From an uncultured virus (IMG/VR IMGVR_UViG_3300027779_000002) (taxonomy: Duplodnaviria; Heunggongvirae; Uroviricota; Caudoviricetes): a stretch of 20,000 nt of DNA. Under the pieces are notes generated by a model that saw only the letters and a program-made list of their open reading frames with translations, was not told where the DNA came from and searched no databases. Shown here in pieces: positions 16,974 through 20,000 of the stretch. Each line of letters opens with the position of its first letter. The first letter of the stretch is position 1. Position numbers and translations under genes: made by a program. The stretch is from the IMG/VR virus record IMGVR_UViG_3300027779_000002; one strand, 5' to 3'.

Positions 16974-17906
16974 ATGAAAAAATTCAAAAAAATCAACGTC
17001 TTTGAAGCTGTCAACAAACAGGTTACAGATGGGTTAAAAAAATCAGGGATGTCTTGGTTCAAGGCTTGGACAGACTCAAACGGAAACATTCAAGACCCTA
17101 TTAACAGATGTACTAAGAGAGGTTACAACGGAGTAAACATCTTTATCTTAAACGCTACAGCATCTATAGAAGGTTATCCATCTAACGAGTGGGTTAGCTT
17201 TGCTGAAGCTAAGAAATTAGGCAGTAACGTTAAGAAGGGAGAAAAGTCAACTATGATAGTATATTGGAACATCGCTTACAGAGTAGAAGACAAGTGGTTT
17301 CCTAATCTAACTGCACTAAACAAGGCAGGTTATACGGAAGAAGATGCTAAAAAATTATTTACATTAAAACAATTCAGAGTATTTAATATTGCACAATGTG
17401 ATAATTTAGAAGCGTGTAGAGAAATACCAACAGAGAGTGAAGATAACCTTGACATTCAACCAATAGAGTCTGCTGAAGCTATTGTAAACGGATACAAGAA
17501 CGCTCCTAAAATTGTAGAGAGACCACAAGATTCTGCTTACTATACACCTTCAAGAGATACCATCACAATGCCGACTAAAGAGCAGTTTGTTGAGCGTACC
17601 TCGATAGATGATTTCTATAAGGTTTTATTTCATGAGATGATTCATTCAACAGGACATTCATCTAGATTAGATAGAAAACTTGTAGGTGTTACAGCTGACA
17701 AAGTTTCTTATTCAAAAGAAGAATTGGTTGCTGAGATTGGTGCAATGTATTTAACTTCGATTGCCCACCTGAATCCTAAAGACCATGAGAGACAGAGTCA
17801 AGCGTATATCAACGGATGGATTAAGTTCATTAAATCTAGTCATGAAAAAGCATTGATATCAGCAATGACCAAAGCAAGACAGGGTGTTGATTTAATCCTT
17901 AAATAG
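16974..17906 (+). CDS. ardC: ArdC-like anti-restriction protein (ssDNA-binding N-domain plus zincin-like metallopeptidase domain)
   Basis: YNGVN, W.SF..AKKLG..VKKGEKS, FRVFNIAQ, AYYTPSRDTITMP, FHEMIHSTGH.SRLDR and YSKEELVAEIGA motifs. Confidence 0.9.
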   Translation: MKKFKKINVFEAVNKQVTDGLKKSGMSWFKAWTDSNGNIQDPINRCTKRGYNGVNIFILNATASIEGYPSNEWVSFAEAKKLGSNVKKGEKSTMIVYWNIAYRVEDKWFPNLTALNKAGYTEEDAKKLFTLKQFRVFNIAQCDNLEACREIPTESEDNLDIQPIESAEAIVNGYKNAPKIVERPQDSAYYTPSRDTITMPTKEQFVERTSIDDFYKVLFHEMIHSTGHSSRLDRKLVGVTADKVSYSKEELVAEIGAMYLTSIAHLNPKDHERQSQAYINGWIKFIKSSHEKALISAMTKARQGVDLILK

Positions 17907-17911
17907 CAGAC

Positions 17912-17938
17912 TATCCTGAGCATGATACCAAACTGCTC
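17912..17938 (+). ncRNA. Compact H-type pseudoknot, copy 1
   Basis: TATC/GATA stem and GAGCA/TGCTC stem. Copy 2 shows the compensatory GAGTA/TACTC. Confidence 0.65.
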
Positions 17939-17987
17939 CTGTCCACAAGTGAGTGCTTGTGCTGATGAGTTCAAAAGAACGAAACAG
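17939..17987 (+). ncRNA. Type III hammerhead ribozyme, copy 1
   Basis: CTGTC^ CACAAG-TGAGTG-CTTGTG CTGATGA GTTC-AAAA-GAAC GAAACAG. Complete core; GUC cleavage predicted after 17943. Confidence 0.92.
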
Positions 17988-18012
17988 AAATATTAAATTA
18001 ATAAATAACATT

Positions 18013-18402
18013 ATGTACACAAGAGAACAATTAAGTAAAATGACAACTGAAGAATTTTTAACAGCTATGGGTTTTGAGATTCAAATCGGCAATATTTGGA
18101 ATCGGTCAGCAGACAAATACGCATGGACAGAGACTTCAAAAGATGGTTATGATTTGTATGTACTATCAGACAATAATTCTAATCCTAGCATCTGTGATGA
18201 CATTCATTATGATGAATACGGATTCATTGATAGCTTCAAAGAATACATTCAACACTCCTGTTATTGTGAAGAAACAATCGCTATTGAAGAACACCTTTTA
18301 GAAGATGTAGATGCATTATTCGATGAAGATGAAATGTTTGATATTGCAGTTAAATTAGACAAAGCAGAGGAAGAAGAATTTGAAGAGGAAGTTACAGAGT
18401 GA
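18013..18402 (+). CDS. Highly acidic protein (129 aa), candidate DNA mimic
   Basis: Start reassigned to ATG 18013 because the track start lies inside the ribozyme. 36 D/E vs 8 K/R by hand count. Confidence 0.75.
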   Translation: MYTREQLSKMTTEEFLTAMGFEIQIGNIWNRSADKYAWTETSKDGYDLYVLSDNNSNPSICDDIHYDEYGFIDSFKEYIQHSCYCEETIAIEEHLLEDVDALFDEDEMFDIAVKLDKAEEEEFEEEVTE

Positions 18403-18433
18403 TTTGGTAGTTTCGTTTATTTTTCGTACATTG
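18403..18433 (+). promoter_or_regulatory. Possible promoter (TTTG...TACATTG)
   Basis: TTTG at 18403-18406 and an imperfect -7 box ending at 18433, 3 nt before pseudoknot copy 2. Confidence 0.35.
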
Positions 18434-18436
18434 CAA

Positions 18437-18463
18437 TATCCTGAGTAAGATACTAAACTACTC
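18437..18463 (+). ncRNA. Compact H-type pseudoknot, copy 2
   Basis: TATC CT GAGTA A GATA CTAAAC TACTC. Confidence 0.65.
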
Positions 18464-18512
18464 CTGTTTCGAGATGAGTGTCTCGACTGATGATTCCAAA
18501 AGGATGAAACGG
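18464..18512 (+). ncRNA. Type III hammerhead ribozyme, copy 2
   Basis: CTGTT^ TCGAGA-TGAGTG-TCTCGA CTGATGA TTCC-AAAA-GGAT GAAACGG. Core intact, GUU triplet, U-U at the base of stem II. Confidence 0.82.
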
Positions 18513-18533
18513 AAACTTAAATTAAATAACATT

Positions 18534-18764
18534 ATGAAAAAATTACACATTTATTTTATGAACGGATTTACATTCTTAATTGCTTTAGGAGTGTTGGTTA
18601 TGGTAGCCAATGTATTAGTACACATACTAAAAACAGACTTGATTTTTCTAGGAGACTTCCTAGCGTGGATGATTGGAGTAGGTGTCTTTGTTGGTTCTAG
18701 CTTTTTAGTATTAGGATTATTAATAGAAAACCACAAACAAGATTTAAAAGAACTTAAAAACTAA
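18534..18764 (+). CDS. Small membrane protein with two TM helices (76 aa)
   Basis: Start reassigned to ATG 18534, which has the same AAATAACATTATG context as 18013. Two hydrophobic segments. Confidence 0.75.
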   Translation: MKKLHIYFMNGFTFLIALGVLVMVANVLVHILKTDLIFLGDFLAWMIGVGVFVGSSFLVLGLLIENHKQDLKELKN

Positions 18765-18767
18765 ACA

Positions 18768-18914
18768 ATGGCTAAAACACAATTAGATGATTTAAACGAC
18801 AAGATAAAAAACTTAAACTCTTTAAGGATACTTGCAGAGGGAGATGAAAAACTTCTTGCTCAAATACAAAACCTCATCGACAAAACAATATCAACCAAAC
18901 TTTGGATAACTTAA
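18768..18914 (+). CDS. Hypothetical protein, 48 aa (MAKTQLDDLNDKIKNL...)
   Basis: Manual translation; fills the gap between genes. Confidence 0.7.
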   Translation: MAKTQLDDLNDKIKNLNSLRILAEGDEKLLAQIQNLIDKTISTKLWIT

Positions 18915-18926
18915 AAATAAATAACT

Positions 18927-19154
18927 ATGGAAAATATATTGCAAAATTTACAGAAATTAAAAGACAACACAAAACAATCTAGAACACATTCAATTGTTGA
19001 TGAGATTAATGAAAAACTAACACATTTAAAAAACCTTAACAAATCTAAACTTGAATGGTACAATAATTTTGTCGATTTCGTTGAGGAATATGATGATGGA
19101 ATTTATAACGATGCGTGTGAATACGCTGATAAAATCAAAGAAGATGAAAATTAA
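18927..19154 (+). CDS. Hypothetical protein (75 aa)
   Basis: ORF track; A-rich start context. Confidence 0.75.
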   Translation: MENILQNLQKLKDNTKQSRTHSIVDEINEKLTHLKNLNKSKLEWYNNFVDFVEEYDDGIYNDACEYADKIKEDEN

Positions 19155-19428
19155 AATACAACAACGAAGTGTCTACCACAAATTTGCTGAGGTAGAAATA
19201 GAGATTCCGAATGACATCAACGAAGATGAAATTGTTGATTACCTACATGACAACGAAAATAAATGGACAGATAAAATTGATGATCAAATTATATTTGCTG
19301 ATTATGAGTTTGGTTTTGGTACAGATTCAGATGCCAATCATCATAACAATTCATTTTTCAATGAGCCTGAATCAGAATCTGAATGGAGATATGATTGTCC
19401 ACAATTAAAAACAGGAGGGCATTTATAA
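19144..19428 (+). CDS. Acidic hypothetical protein (94 aa, MKIKIQQRSVYHK...)
   Basis: Start reassigned to 19144 to give a short overlap with the previous gene. Confidence 0.75.
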   Translation: MKIKIQQRSVYHKFAEVEIEIPNDINEDEIVDYLHDNENKWTDKIDDQIIFADYEFGFGTDSDANHHNNSFFNEPESESEWRYDCPQLKTGGHL

Positions 19429-19473
19429 CGGATAGCATGGTGCAAGGGAGGTTCGATTCCTCCCTATCCACAA
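19429..19473 (+). ncRNA. Minimal tRNA-like element (acceptor stem plus T arm only)
   Basis: GGATAG/CTATCC stem stacked on GGAGG-TTCGATT-CCTCC. Only 11 nt where the D and anticodon arms would be. Confidence 0.6.
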
Positions 19474-19505
19474 TAGCAATATTGCTAGAATTAAAATTAA
19501 AAATT

Positions 19506-19682
19506 ATGAAAGTAAAAGAATTAATTGAAAAATTAAAAAAACTCCCACAAGATTTACCTGTAAGAACAGAGAATAAAGATTTTAAGGGAGAGAATGAATG
19601 GGTTGATAATGTGGAATATTCAGAAACAGGTCAATCAGGATATGAAATAGAAGGCGAAGTTAGACTAACAACATCTTTATAA
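19506..19682 (+). CDS. Phage hypothetical protein (58 aa, MKVKELIEKLKKLPQDLPV...)
   Basis: Common phage small-protein N-terminus; start reassigned to 19506. Confidence 0.8.
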   Translation: MKVKELIEKLKKLPQDLPVRTENKDFKGENEWVDNVEYSETGQSGYEIEGEVRLTTSL

Positions 19683-19704
19683 TAATAAATAAAATCAAAA
19701 ACAA

Positions 19705-19794
19705 ATGGAACAAATAGAAATAGTGTATTTTTTACTTGGAATACTTTTAGGATTACAAACTGCAATGTTAATAACGCAAAACAAAAACAAATAA
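19705..19794 (+). CDS. Single-TM micro-protein, 29 aa (MEQIEIVYFLLGILLGLQTAMLITQNKNK)
   Basis: Manual translation; A-rich start context. Confidence 0.6.
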   Translation: MEQIEIVYFLLGILLGLQTAMLITQNKNK

Positions 19795-19796
19795 AA

Positions 19797-19973
19797 ATGA
19801 ACAATAAAATTTTTACAATGTATTTGAATCAAGTAAAAGAAAATAAAAGATTGCGTAAATTTGTAAAACAACATACTGAATCAAAAAAGAAAATCTTTAA
19901 CGATTGGAGCAATATAGAAAAAAAATTAATAGATGGTCAATGGTGGGTTAAATCCAAAGATGCATTAAAATAA
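19797..19973 (+). CDS. Basic hypothetical protein (58 aa)
   Basis: Manual translation MNNKIFTMYLNQ...KDALK. Confidence 0.65.
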   Translation: MNNKIFTMYLNQVKENKRLRKFVKQHTESKKKIFNDWSNIEKKLIDGQWWVKSKDALK

Positions 19974-19980
19974 ACAAACT

Positions 19981-20000
19981 ATGAATATATTAAATCAAGA
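19981..20000 (+). CDS. Start of next gene (truncated by window)
   Basis: ATG after an A-rich spacer, MNILNQ... Confidence 0.4.

Noticed and set aside
18074..19408. Track ORFs 18074-18301 (+), 18551-18736 (-) and 19211-19408 (+)
   Set aside because: Alternative-frame or antisense ORFs nested inside better genes.
19429..19473. Bona fide tRNA gene
   Set aside because: Too short, with no D or anticodon arm; kept only as a tRNA-like element.
17953..19505. Long N-terminal extensions in track ORFs starting at 17953, 18474, 19051 and 19395
   Set aside because: They run through ribozymes, the tRNA-like element or upstream genes. Downstream ATGs have the typical A-rich context.
1..20000. Stop-codon reassignment
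   Set aside because: The standard code gives dense, intact genes; TAA, TAG and TGA all end genes at sensible positions.

Overview
AT-rich fragment of a tailed dsDNA phage genome, most likely infecting a Bacteroidota/Flavobacteria host. The host inference rests on A-rich, Shine-Dalgarno-less start contexts and several TAnnTTTG promoter boxes. Two divergent arms meet at a C-run-rich non-coding region (~16260-16720). The minus arm, in transcription order, carries a hypothetical gene, groEL then groES, a cluster of tiny basic proteins, a repeat-containing virion protein and a head-spike-base-like protein. It continues with a translationally coupled envelope/lysis cassette (TM-coiled-coil, secreted thioredoxin-like, OM beta-barrel-like, M15 endolysin, holin) and three fibre-like proteins, including a >1350-aa modular repeat protein missed by the ORF track. 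One winged-helix gene lies on the opposite strand. The plus arm is a typical early region: ArdC-like anti-restriction protein, a very acidic protein and small hypotheticals. Its most striking content is non-coding: two covarying copies of an H-type pseudoknot fused to a type III hammerhead ribozyme, flanking the acidic gene, plus a minimal tRNA-like element further downstream. All family assignments come from motif recognition by eye; no searches were run.
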